25,127 nt of DNA from a virus (taxonomy: Duplodnaviria > Caudoviricetes): positions 1-25,127 of IMG/VR virus record IMGVR_UViG_3300044210_000030; one strand, written 5' to 3'. Below the pieces are notes generated by a model that searched no databases, was not told the origin of the DNA, and worked only from the letters and a program-made list of their open reading frames with translations. This document shows positions 7,979-16,007 of this stretch, piece after piece; position 1 is the first letter of the stretch; each line of letters starts with the position of its first letter. A program made the translations under genes and the position numbers.

Positions 7979-10110
7979 TGCAGCCCCAGCGTACTAAGCG
8001 CGGCTTTCACATCTACCTGTGATGGAAACTCCTCTTGCGCTTGCAACGGTTTCGGTTCGGCGGGCTTTGGCTCGGCAGACTCCACAGATTTTTGCTGTAC
8101 GTCCATTTCTTTGCTGGCAATGTGCGTATCCGATTTAAGCTGGGCTTCCGCTTGCGCCTGCTCCAGCGACAATTTTTTAAACTGGGCTTCCAGTGCCAAC
8201 CGCAAAGTATCCACTTCCTTTTTAAGGTCGGCCTTATAGACCTCTGCTTGCGCCTCAACTTGCGCCGCGATAACCTTCGGGTCCGGCTGTTGTTCGGCTT
8301 TCGTCAATTGCGCCTGTTCTTCCTCAGTAAGCGCCAGCGTTTCAATATCAATCTGGAATCCCTCCAAATACGTTTGCATCCACTTCTTCGGCGAAATCCC
8401 ATAAATCGGCTGTAGTACCTGCTGGGAAATCTGCAATAGCGCCTGTTGCTGCAACTCCTTAACGATAAGCGTAGTGGAGCCCAGCGGTTCCACTATAGCG
8501 TCGCCTTGCGCCTCTTCCGGTCCGTACAACTGCACCCACTCGTAAAAGTCTTCCAACAACGGCTTGCAAATCTTATCGTCCCACTCTTTCACAATAAGCC
8601 GCAGATTTGTGGTGGAATTGTTCATTAACTGCTGCGAAACGCCCACCGCATCCGTCACCGCTTGGCCCTGCAACAACAAACTCAACCCGGTAGTATCCTC
8701 AGCCATTTTCAACCAGAACTGAATAACCGGCATAATAGCGTTCAAATAGTTTGGAAACTCCAAGAACGCCATTGCGTTTTTTGCTTCCGCCATGGCATCC
8801 ACGCCCGGCAGGCCCGATTTAACCCGCCAGCGCTTGTACGGCCGAAGTTTGGTGTCCTCGCCATCAATGGGCTCTATCAAACCATCCATCTCCAGCACCT
8901 GCGGTCCGACCGAGTATCCCATGTTATCCATTAGCGCCCGAACCGACGCGGTAAGCCCGCGCTGGGGTGTCTCCATTTGCTCGGGAATACCAATCCCCGC
9001 CCACGAATCATCCCGTGGTTCCCAACATAGCATTCTATACGGAAATTCTTTAGACTCTAGCGGATACGGTGCGTATTTGATAATTCTATCGTTAAGCATC
9101 GTTATCGTTCCGAATCCTAACGACCTCTCTTCCCCGTTATCTTTCCACTCGATACTACCAGTTCTAACCCATAGGGTATACGGCCTTTTTGAGCCTTTTC
9201 TCTTGTTGAACTCTTCGTCTTGCGGCCCCTCTTCCAGCGCCAGTTTAATCGCTGCGGCGTTGTAATTGGGGTCTTTCATCATATCCTGTAACTGGCGCTT
9301 GGTGACTTCTGGTATTTTCTCGAAGAAAAACCTTCCGTTTTGGATATCTACCCCACATTCCGGGTCAGGATAGCAGTTTTCCACTTTAATGCACTCTATC
9401 CGTGGCGTGTAAAACAGCATGGTTTCCAACTCTTTCGACAGCATTTCCGCCGTGGCCGGGTCGGTGGCAAGCGAAAGCGCCCGCAACACCTTATCCGCGT
9501 CATATCCGATGGCCCGCTCCTTCGGAAACGGGCCTTTAACCACTCCTGTCCCGACAATCCCCGATTCCACCAGTTGCCGCCGTATTACACCCGCCCAATC
9601 TGACTCTTTCAGCCAGTCTTTTATGATGGTATCGGCTATTTGTATGGATTCGCTGGCCGTGTATGGGTCTTGAACCTTCTTAGCGACATCCGGCAGCAAC
9701 GATAAAACCTGCTGCATGACGTTCGGGTATTTGGATAGCACACCAAACACGGTTTGCAAATCGCTTACCGGAGTTTGCTTTATCGTCCACGGCATTTTGC
9801 CGGTCGGCAACAAAATATCCGCAACGCGCGCCGTGCCCGCGTTAGAGTACGGCCGGGTGATGTTGACCAGCACGGTAGACCTATCGGTATCCACCTTGCT
9901 GCGGAAAGAGGTTATCGAGGTATCCAGCGTTTCGCCCTTCTCGTAAGAAGAGTTCGAGGAATTAAGTTCGTCCCGCCCTTTGTACTGGTTTCTGGCGGAT
10001 TTCCAAATATTATCCAAACCGGCTTCTTTTCTACCCCTAACCGCCCGTTGGCGTTCATCGCACAGCGCCGCAACCAGAGTTTCAAGACTTTCGTTTTCAG
10101 GTAATTTCAT
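7975..10110 (-). CDS. Portal protein
   Basis: 711 aa between TerL and scaffold. GTGVVKGP, YPDP, WAGIGIPEQM..PQ and AEDTTG motifs, with a C-terminal Q/A/E coiled coil as in P22/N4-like portals. Confidence 0.9.
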   Translation of the reverse strand: MKLPENESLETLVAALCDERQRAVRGRKEAGLDNIWKSARNQYKGRDELNSSNSSYEKGETLDTSITSFRSKVDTDRSTVLVNITRPYSNAGTARVADILLPTGKMPWTIKQTPVSDLQTVFGVLSKYPNVMQQVLSLLPDVAKKVQDPYTASESIQIADTIIKDWLKESDWAGVIRRQLVESGIVGTGVVKGPFPKERAIGYDADKVLRALSLATDPATAEMLSKELETMLFYTPRIECIKVENCYPDPECGVDIQNGRFFFEKIPEVTKRQLQDMMKDPNYNAAAIKLALEEGPQDEEFNKRKGSKRPYTLWVRTGSIEWKDNGEERSLGFGTITMLNDRIIKYAPYPLESKEFPYRMLCWEPRDDSWAGIGIPEQMETPQRGLTASVRALMDNMGYSVGPQVLEMDGLIEPIDGEDTKLRPYKRWRVKSGLPGVDAMAEAKNAMAFLEFPNYLNAIMPVIQFWLKMAEDTTGLSLLLQGQAVTDAVGVSQQLMNNSTTNLRLIVKEWDDKICKPLLEDFYEWVQLYGPEEAQGDAIVEPLGSTTLIVKELQQQALLQISQQVLQPIYGISPKKWMQTYLEGFQIDIETLALTEEEQAQLTKAEQQPDPKVIAAQVEAQAEVYKADLKKEVDTLRLALEAQFKKLSLEQAQAEAQLKSDTHIASKEMDVQQKSVESAEPKPAEPKPLQAQEEFPSQVDVKAALSTLGLQ

Positions 10111-10123
10111 AAATAATCCTAAA

Positions 10124-10774
10124 TTATCGTAGCTGTCGCTTATAGTGCGTATGGGCCATTATAGCACTATCCTGCCGTCTTCCATCTTTATTTCTTTCTG
10201 CACTTAATACGCGTTCATAATACTCAATATCTCCCCATTGCATCGCCATAGCGTCAGCGACGCCTTGATAAGTTTCACTTCTAATTTTCCACCTATTCTC
10301 AGACGGTGGCATCTTAAATATACGCTGCTCTCGCCCACTGACAACGTTCGTCGGGTGCAGCTTTGTCAAGGCTTTTAGCCATAAGCATGTGGCTTTTGTC
10401 TCACCATGACCAAACCACCACGGCTGGATAATTTGATCGGGTTTCCTAATATGGCTTGATATAATACTAATTGGATTTTCTAGTGCGATACGAGGAATTG
10501 GTGCATTCAAGAGTAATTCCACGAAAGCCAGCGCTTCGGCTTGTTCTACCTTTTTGTGCTTAAACCAGCGAGCGCCGCTAACAGCTAAATGAGTGCATGG
10601 CGGATGAGCGATCATTAAATCCCAACCATCGTTTAAAACATCTCTAACATCACCTTGATAGTGCGGGCCAGGCGCATCTGTCGGCAGTAAATCGCATGAT
10701 ACGGCATCATGCCCCTTTTTTAAAAAAGCATCTCGTACTTTTCCGCTGTATTCGCAAGCTATTAAAACTTTCAT
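10124..10774 (-). CDS. DNA cytosine-5 methyltransferase (small, orphan phage type)
   Basis: VLIACEYSG (motif I variant), SCD, DLMIAHPPCT (catalytic PC), ENP (motif VI), QPWWFG (motif VIII-like) and RS.TY.GVADAMA.QW C-terminus. Confidence 0.85.
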   Translation of the reverse strand: MKVLIACEYSGKVRDAFLKKGHDAVSCDLLPTDAPGPHYQGDVRDVLNDGWDLMIAHPPCTHLAVSGARWFKHKKVEQAEALAFVELLLNAPIPRIALENPISIISSHIRKPDQIIQPWWFGHGETKATCLWLKALTKLHPTNVVSGREQRIFKMPPSENRWKIRSETYQGVADAMAMQWGDIEYYERVLSAERNKDGRRQDSAIMAHTHYKRQLR

Positions 10775-12475
10775 TTAATACCCCATTACAGCGTCTAAAG
10801 GCCGCCAGCCGGAAGGTTTACTGAAAAACTCGTGGTTGTTTGCTTGGGATTTAATCGGCCGCGCCCGCGTTGGCACAAACGTCAAAACGAATGCGTCCCA
10901 GTGGTCCGGGGAGCGCGATGCGTTTTTTTCCATTCTGGACCTCCCTACGGCAAACCGCGCCCGATAATCCTCTTTCGACTCGATCAACAGCAACCCGCCC
11001 TTGTACTCTTTCACTTGAATGGCCGTCGCTTGCGAGACAAAAGTCTGGTTGTCCGGCAAAGAGATTTCAAGGTCTTCGATATATTCCATGGCTTGCGTGT
11101 GCAAGTACGCCCGCAGGTTATAGTGTTTGCCGTCCGACAGCTTTGCCCCCGTATGAACGGCCATCGTTATGGGCCTGAACGGTCCATATTTTAACTGATC
11201 GGCGGCAGAACCGCCAGGGCCATCCCGCTCGATGGCTATCAATTCTACCGGACCCGTGTTTAACAGGCGTTTTACCTTATACTCGATTATTGTGGCCAGT
11301 TGAATGCCGTCCAGTTTTTTGTAGGTTTCGGGCTCTACGGACAGCCTACCCCGTCGGGACCAAATCACTATTTCGTCGTTGCCCATTCCCGCCGCATCCA
11401 CGCCTACCCGCCACGGCGTGGAGTCGGGCTGTATGATCGAACCCGGCCGCCGCCGGGTCGCTTCATCTATTTTATCTTTGTTAATCAGGCTGTTAGAAAC
11501 CGACGCCGAATAATTGCGGTCAACCTGTGACGCTAGCGTGGTCGGCAACAACTCCAGTTTTTGCTGCTTGTACCAGGGCTCCTCTTCCGGCGGGATACTC
11601 GGGTTTTGCCGCTTTCTCGGGTCATCTTTCCAGTCGAAAACGAATATTTGTTCTTTCGGCAGGAAGTTCCGCAGCCGGTAAAACAGATTTCCCACCCCGT
11701 TTACCGTAGAGATATAAATCCGGCAGTTCGTGTTGGCGGACAGCGCGGATTCGGCCGCATCCGGGTGGTCCAAGTGCGCGAACTCATCCACGAAGTACAG
11801 CCCCGAACGGCCGCCCCGGCCGATTTCATCACCGATTTCCCCCTTGATGACGGAGTTGTTCGCCGCGTTCGGGACGGTTCCCCATTTCCGCCCGGCCGCG
11901 TGGTTTTCGGGCAGGAAATCCGCCGGTAGGTTGTCGATGAACGTGCGCACCTTCCAGAATATCGAGTCGGGGTCGTTCACCCCGTTATCCACCAGCTCCT
12001 CTTTTCTACTGCCAAAACCGACCACGGATGCCGGGCAAAACAGCCAAACGCAAACCGCGCACGCCGCGCACAACCAGGTAAACCCCACATCGCGCGATTT
12101 CTCCCCGAGGCCGCGCAAGGAGTTCGAGTGCAACCAGTAAACCCAATTCACAAACTCAACTTGCCTCGGGAACAGAATAAACGGAAAGTACTTATTCGTC
12201 GGTTTTCGCGGGTCGTAAGTCATTCCCCAGTCATTTATAAAATCCGCCCAGTTTTCGGAATAGTACCTCATCAGCTTATTCCGGGCGCTAGGATTTTTTC
12301 TCAGTTTTCCCAGGGCCTCAAGCCTGAAATCGAAAACGGACTTGTAATCCGGATTAACGAAATCGAAGTTTGCGGGGTCGAATTTGGTTACCTCCGTTCC
12401 ACCCGGCGTTTCTTCCGTTCCACCCAGCGTTTCTTCCGTTCCACCCAGCGTCGCTTGATCGGGTTTAATTTTCAT
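10775..12475 (-). CDS. terL: Terminase large subunit
   Basis: Walker A EKSRDVGFTW, Walker B YFVDE, coupling motif IST.NG, RNase H-like VGVDAA...D and SPDHWDAF. Confidence 0.95.
   Translation of the reverse strand: MKIKPDQATLGGTEETLGGTEETPGGTEVTKFDPANFDFVNPDYKSVFDFRLEALGKLRKNPSARNKLMRYYSENWADFINDWGMTYDPRKPTNKYFPFILFPRQVEFVNWVYWLHSNSLRGLGEKSRDVGFTWLCAACAVCVWLFCPASVVGFGSRKEELVDNGVNDPDSIFWKVRTFIDNLPADFLPENHAAGRKWGTVPNAANNSVIKGEIGDEIGRGGRSGLYFVDEFAHLDHPDAAESALSANTNCRIYISTVNGVGNLFYRLRNFLPKEQIFVFDWKDDPRKRQNPSIPPEEEPWYKQQKLELLPTTLASQVDRNYSASVSNSLINKDKIDEATRRRPGSIIQPDSTPWRVGVDAAGMGNDEIVIWSRRGRLSVEPETYKKLDGIQLATIIEYKVKRLLNTGPVELIAIERDGPGGSAADQLKYGPFRPITMAVHTGAKLSDGKHYNLRAYLHTQAMEYIEDLEISLPDNQTFVSQATAIQVKEYKGGLLLIESKEDYRARFAVGRSRMEKNASRSPDHWDAFVLTFVPTRARPIKSQANNHEFFSKPSGWRPLDAVMGY
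12393..12451. repeat. 21-bp tandem repeat (~2.8 copies) encoding GGTEET(L/P) at the TerL N-terminus
   Basis: TCCGTTCCACCC at 12393, 12414 and 12435 with near-identical 9-bp spacers. Confidence 0.9.
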
Positions 12476-13046
12476 CTAAATCCCCGTTGATAATCGTTAA
12501 AACTCGATAGGGGTTACGTGTGTTTTTCTGATTGGACGATATTTGCGGAGTAACGTCGCGCTGGCGGATGAGTCGCGCGTAAGTGTCCACTGGGTCTTCT
12601 TCGTCGTATTCCGAGTCCGTACGGGCTACGCCAGCTATGTTGGCGTTTAATATTATTTCTTTTTTCTCGTTGAAGAACTGCACAGGCGGGGAACCGATCG
12701 GTTCGTCGGGGTCGAAGTCGGGGATGTTTTTCAGCATGAACAGCGGGCCAGTGGCGTTTCCGAACCCGATCATTTCCTCGTACGCGGTCGCGATTGCGGT
12801 CATGCACCGGCTTATGGTGTAGCGCAACTCGGGCATCCGCTGGCCCAGCCGAATTAGCGAGGTAGGACCGGGCAGCCCGACCGCCAGCGCGTAGCCGGTC
12901 AAAGTCGGGCGGATTTCGTTGTCATGGCACCCCTCGAAGTATCGGTTGGAGCGCTCGATGAAATCCTGTACCCCGTTTGGCTGGGACGGAGTTGCCGGGC
13001 TACGCCGCCACTCTAGCGCGGTTTTAGCTAAACTTTTACTGGGCAT
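12465..13046 (-). CDS. terS: Terminase small subunit (DNA-packaging gp3-like)
   Basis: YFE.C.....PTLTGYALAVG and ..LFMLKN motifs. Directly upstream of and overlapping terL. Confidence 0.8.
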   Translation of the reverse strand: MPSKSLAKTALEWRRSPATPSQPNGVQDFIERSNRYFEGCHDNEIRPTLTGYALAVGLPGPTSLIRLGQRMPELRYTISRCMTAIATAYEEMIGFGNATGPLFMLKNIPDFDPDEPIGSPPVQFFNEKKEIILNANIAGVARTDSEYDEEDPVDTYARLIRQRDVTPQISSNQKNTRNPYRVLTIINGDLDEN

Positions 13047-13060
13047 AGCGCAACTTAACC

Positions 13061-13261
13061 TTAACCCTTTCCGCAGTCGAGCTTGGCCCGGACAAAGCAG
13101 TCTTTAGCTTCCAGCAGTTTACGGAGCCCGGCGCTTTTCTCGGCACAACCCGGCAGCGCCGTGTCCAGCTCCTTCGCCATATCGCAAATCGGCTTGGACA
13201 CTTCCTGCAAGTGCGCCGGAAGGTGGGAGTATTCAAAGTATTTGATAATCGAAGATTGCAT
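13061..13261 (-). CDS. 66-aa helical-hairpin protein; candidate Acb2/Tad1-like nucleotide-signal sponge
   Basis: The likely start is MQSSIIKYF at 13261. YFEYSHLPAHLQEVSKP...LPGCAEKSAGLRKLLEAKDCFVRA. The ORF looks real; the function is inferred from resemblance to Acb2/Tad1 hairpin helices. Confidence 0.55.
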   Translation of the reverse strand: MQSSIIKYFEYSHLPAHLQEVSKPICDMAKELDTALPGCAEKSAGLRKLLEAKDCFVRAKLDCGKG

Positions 13262-13337
13262 GTTATTACTTTCTAACCCGGTTTTTAGCGGAGAAAAACA
13301 AACCAACCATGGGGGCAATTTCCTAATCGTTTTTTCG

Positions 13338-13811
13338 TCATATCCACAGGTGCCAGATGGAGTCGGTTTTCAGGTTTGCGAAGTCGTCCACAACGCGGTC
13401 TTTTATCACGTTTGGGGTCAGGTGCCGGACGATGGTCACGGGAAAGCATACAATCCCGAAGAGTTTTAGGTGATGGAGATATTTGTTTAGCTGGGCGCTG
13501 GCGTCCACGTAGGTCAGTTTCACTTCTACGACTATTCCCCTCTCGTTCGGCCGCTCGATGATGAAGTCCGGTTGGAAGTGGTAAGTGGCGGTGCTGGAAG
13601 AGTAGAGGAACCATTGATGGTCCCAGAGGGGCCAGCCGCGCGCGGCGCACAGTTCCCGTAGAACGCGGCCCACCTTGCGCTCGTAGGCGTATCCCCGCCG
13701 CGCGGCGACGGTAGTGGCCGGGGGCGCGAAGCGCCCCTGGGCGGCGGTAACGCGCGGCAGGTCGCGAAGCGCGGCCAGCGCGGGTGCCCGGCGGTATTCT
13801 TGCGGTCGCAT
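13338..13811 (-). CDS. PD-(D/E)XK endonuclease (T7 endonuclease I / resolvase-like)
   Basis: The likely start is MRPQEY at 13811 with an AGGAG SD. G..YE, FQPDFII and VVEVK catalytic motifs. Confidence 0.72.
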   Translation of the reverse strand: MRPQEYRRAPALAALRDLPRVTAAQGRFAPPATTVAARRGYAYERKVGRVLRELCAARGWPLWDHQWFLYSSSTATYHFQPDFIIERPNERGIVVEVKLTYVDASAQLNKYLHHLKLFGIVCFPVTIVRHLTPNVIKDRVVDDFANLKTDSIWHLWI

Positions 13812-13847
13812 TGTTGCTTCTCCTACGGAGCGAAGCGCCGTAGGAGA

Positions 13848-13876
13848 AGTATGGGGTATTTTTGTTTTTGTGTCAA
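13848..13876 (-). promoter_or_regulatory. sigma70-type promoter for the leftward packaging/structural arm
   Basis: Minus strand TTGACA-17 nt-CATACT. Confidence 0.7.
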
Positions 13877-14046
13877 TAGGGTATCGTAAATACCCGTTCA
13901 AAACTTGAAAATCCTTTATCAGTTGCTTCCATAGTAACAATCAAACCCCCAAAAACGAAGGGGGAGGGGTCAAAAATCTAAATTACACGCCCAAACCAAT
14001 GGTCCAGGTCCGTAGTGACTGGCCCAAAAACCCGATGGATACGGTA

Positions 14047-14272
14047 CCCGCGCGCAAGAATTGTTCGGTTTTTGCACGCGGGGAACCTTTTGGCCGGTAG
14101 TATGGCCGCTACTTGCTCAAGTATGCGCCACAAGATTATGCTAGAGGCGATAAAGTGACCAATATCCACAATATTTTGTAAAATTCACCGCGTGCAAGGA
14201 GAGGGTGCCCGCGCGCAAAAACCGAGGATTGAGCAATCAAAAAGGCATTTTTGAACCGTTTTTGCGCGCGGG
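14047..14272. repeat. Five copies of CCGCGYGCAA in direct and inverted orientation
   Basis: Copies at about 14047(+), 14072(-), 14188(+), 14208(+) and 14259(-). Confidence 0.8.
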
Positions 14273-14606
14273 ATACGCATCTTGTATCATTTTGATTGAT
14301 TTTTTTAAAAAAGTGACATAAAAAAATCGCCCAAAAACTCCAATTAAACAGTGCTTTTTTCCAAAATCTCTCGCCTAAAAGCACAATTCTATGCTAACTT
14401 TAATTTGTTAAAAATCAATAACCTCCGAGCAAGGGCCTCCTACGCGGCCGACCAGGAGTGTCGCAAAAACGTGAATCGTTAAAAATCAATGACTTCCGAT
14501 GTATTTTGACAGTTAAAAAACTCTTTAAAAAATAATAAGTTAATCGAAAAAACATCGTAGGGACCTTCCCAAGACATACCACTGTCCGTCCTCCCACCAA
14601 CCCCGG

Positions 14607-14973
14607 CCAAAACCGCCTCCCCCCGACCACCATATTCAAGCGCAAACGCGCCACAACCCCCCTCCAACCCGTATCAAAAACCACAAACCCCTCCAGAGTC
14701 CCGGCCAGAGTCCCGGCCTGCGGCCGGGGCTCTAAAACCCCTAAAACCCAATAAAAACAAATATATATAAAAAAAAAAAATAGGATATATAGTATTTTTA
14801 TTGCACCCTCCATGCCAAAAGGCTCCTTTCTGGGCCTTTTTCGGTTTTTTTTTTTTCGGTTTTCGGTTTTAGACCTTTTTCGCCCTTTTCCCGTCCTTTC
14901 GCGTCCTTTCGCGTCCTTTCGCGTCCTTTCGCGTTTGCGCTTGAAACCACTGGTCGGGGGGAGGCGGTTTTGG
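14607..14973. repeat. 44-bp inverted repeat arms flanking an A/T-rich core (candidate origin or genome-end region)
   Basis: CCAAAACCGCCTCCCCCCGACCA-N5-TTCAAGCGCAAACGCG at 14607-14650 and its reverse complement at 14930-14973. The 23-bp and 16-bp blocks are identical. Confidence 0.9.
14892..14934. repeat. 10-bp tandem repeat (CGTCCTTTCG) x4
   Basis: ccgtcctttc gcgtcctttc gcgtcctttc gcgtcctttc gcgt. Confidence 0.92.
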
Positions 14974-15214
14974 TCGGGTATGACTAGGGTGTGACCAAGG
15001 GCGGGACGGGGTTTGTGTCTACGATGCCCCCAGCCGCTCGCCGCCGCCTGCCCGCGTCTACCCTACCGCCTCGACCCCCGCGCGCCGCCACGACCCGCCC
15101 AGCGGGCCACCGGGCCACCGGGCCTGCGGCCAGCGGCCTAAAACCACCCAAACCACCCCAAACCAACCAAACCACCCCCTACAACAATATTTTCAAAATA
15201 CCCATCGAACCCGC

Positions 15215-15242
15215 TTGACAACCGCCCTGCCTGCACTATAAT
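15215..15242 (+). promoter_or_regulatory. Consensus sigma70 early promoter
   Basis: TTGACA-16 nt-TATAAT with A/T-rich upstream DNA, ahead of the first rightward ORF. Confidence 0.85.
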
Positions 15243-15330
15243 CACAACCTAACAGCAACACGTATCACCCAAACGTATCGCCACCGCCACCGCCACCGCC
15301 GCTACCACTCCATACAACCGGATAAATAAA

Positions 15331-15549
15331 ATGTCAGCACCAGAAAGAGACTTTGCTCCCCAGGGTTTCGCGCCCGACTCCCGAACGCCCTACAGCGTTT
15401 TGCTGTTGGGGACTCACCCGGAAGTGACCCCGATTTTTCGCCACCTATCCGGCGAGTCGTTCCGCCTTGACTGGGAGCAAATCACCCGGCTTTGCCCCCA
15501 ACCCGAAAACTGGCCGTCAAACCCCCGACTCCTGACCCCCGACTCCTGA
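15331..15549 (+). CDS. Hypothetical early protein
   Basis: 72-aa ORF right after the promoter, with a GGA SD-like site. Confidence 0.55.
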   Translation: MSAPERDFAPQGFAPDSRTPYSVLLLGTHPEVTPIFRHLSGESFRLDWEQITRLCPQPENWPSNPRLLTPDS

Positions 15550-15571
15550 CCCCCGTTACTCGGAGAAAAAA

Positions 15572-15892
15572 ATGAATAGTTCTACCTTGGTTGCCGCCGC
15601 TCGTTTCCACTCCTTGGCCGCCGCCGCCTCGCGCCACGGGGGGCTCTTCGTCTCTGCCGGCGGCGGTACGGCCAACGTCGCCGCCGCCACCATCGCCCGC
15701 GCCACCTGCTCCACCTTCGAGGACGCCAGCCGCGCCCTGGACCTTACCGGCGGACCCGGCTGGTACAACGATCTCGCCGCCGCTCAACCGTGGCCGTTCG
15801 GGCACGTTCCCTACGACCACGAAGAAGACCGCTGGCTGTCCCGCTGGTCCGTTCGGACCATCGCCCGCGCGGCCGCGCGGCCGGCGCGGTAA
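15572..15892 (+). CDS. Hypothetical early protein (very GC-rich)
   Basis: GGAG SD, 106 aa, strong C/G bias at third codon positions. Confidence 0.65.
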   Translation: MNSSTLVAAARFHSLAAAASRHGGLFVSAGGGTANVAAATIARATCSTFEDASRALDLTGGPGWYNDLAAAQPWPFGHVPYDHEEDRWLSRWSVRTIARAAARPAR

Positions 15893-15945
15893 ACCGCGCC
15901 GCCCGACCATCCCGACTTCCCGACCATACGTTGCCTAGAAAAAGA

Positions 15946-15974
15946 TTGACAACGTATGGTCGATAAAATATAAT
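15946..15974 (+). promoter_or_regulatory. Consensus sigma70 promoter overlapped by a 13-bp inverted repeat
   Basis: TTGACA-17 nt-TATAAT. IR arms at 15921-15933 and 15950-15962. Confidence 0.88.
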
Positions 15975-16007
15975 CCATTCACCCTGTACAACCCCCTGGA
16001 GTCCATA

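Noticed and set aside
10124-13811. Restriction-modification pair (methyltransferase + PD-(D/E)XK nuclease)
   Set aside because: The genes are separated by terS/terL, and the nuclease looks like a resolvase or packaging nuclease; there is no evidence of a cognate pair.
13262-13940. Longer N-termini given by the ORF track for 13061-13318 and 13338-13940
   Set aside because: Internal ATGs at 13261 and 13811 fit better; the 13940 extension runs through the promoter.
13978-15218. Short ORFs in the central intergenic region (e.g. 14415-14813, 14136-14384, 14991-15218)
   Set aside because: They translate homopolymer runs and repeats and lack SDs; the region is better explained as non-coding.
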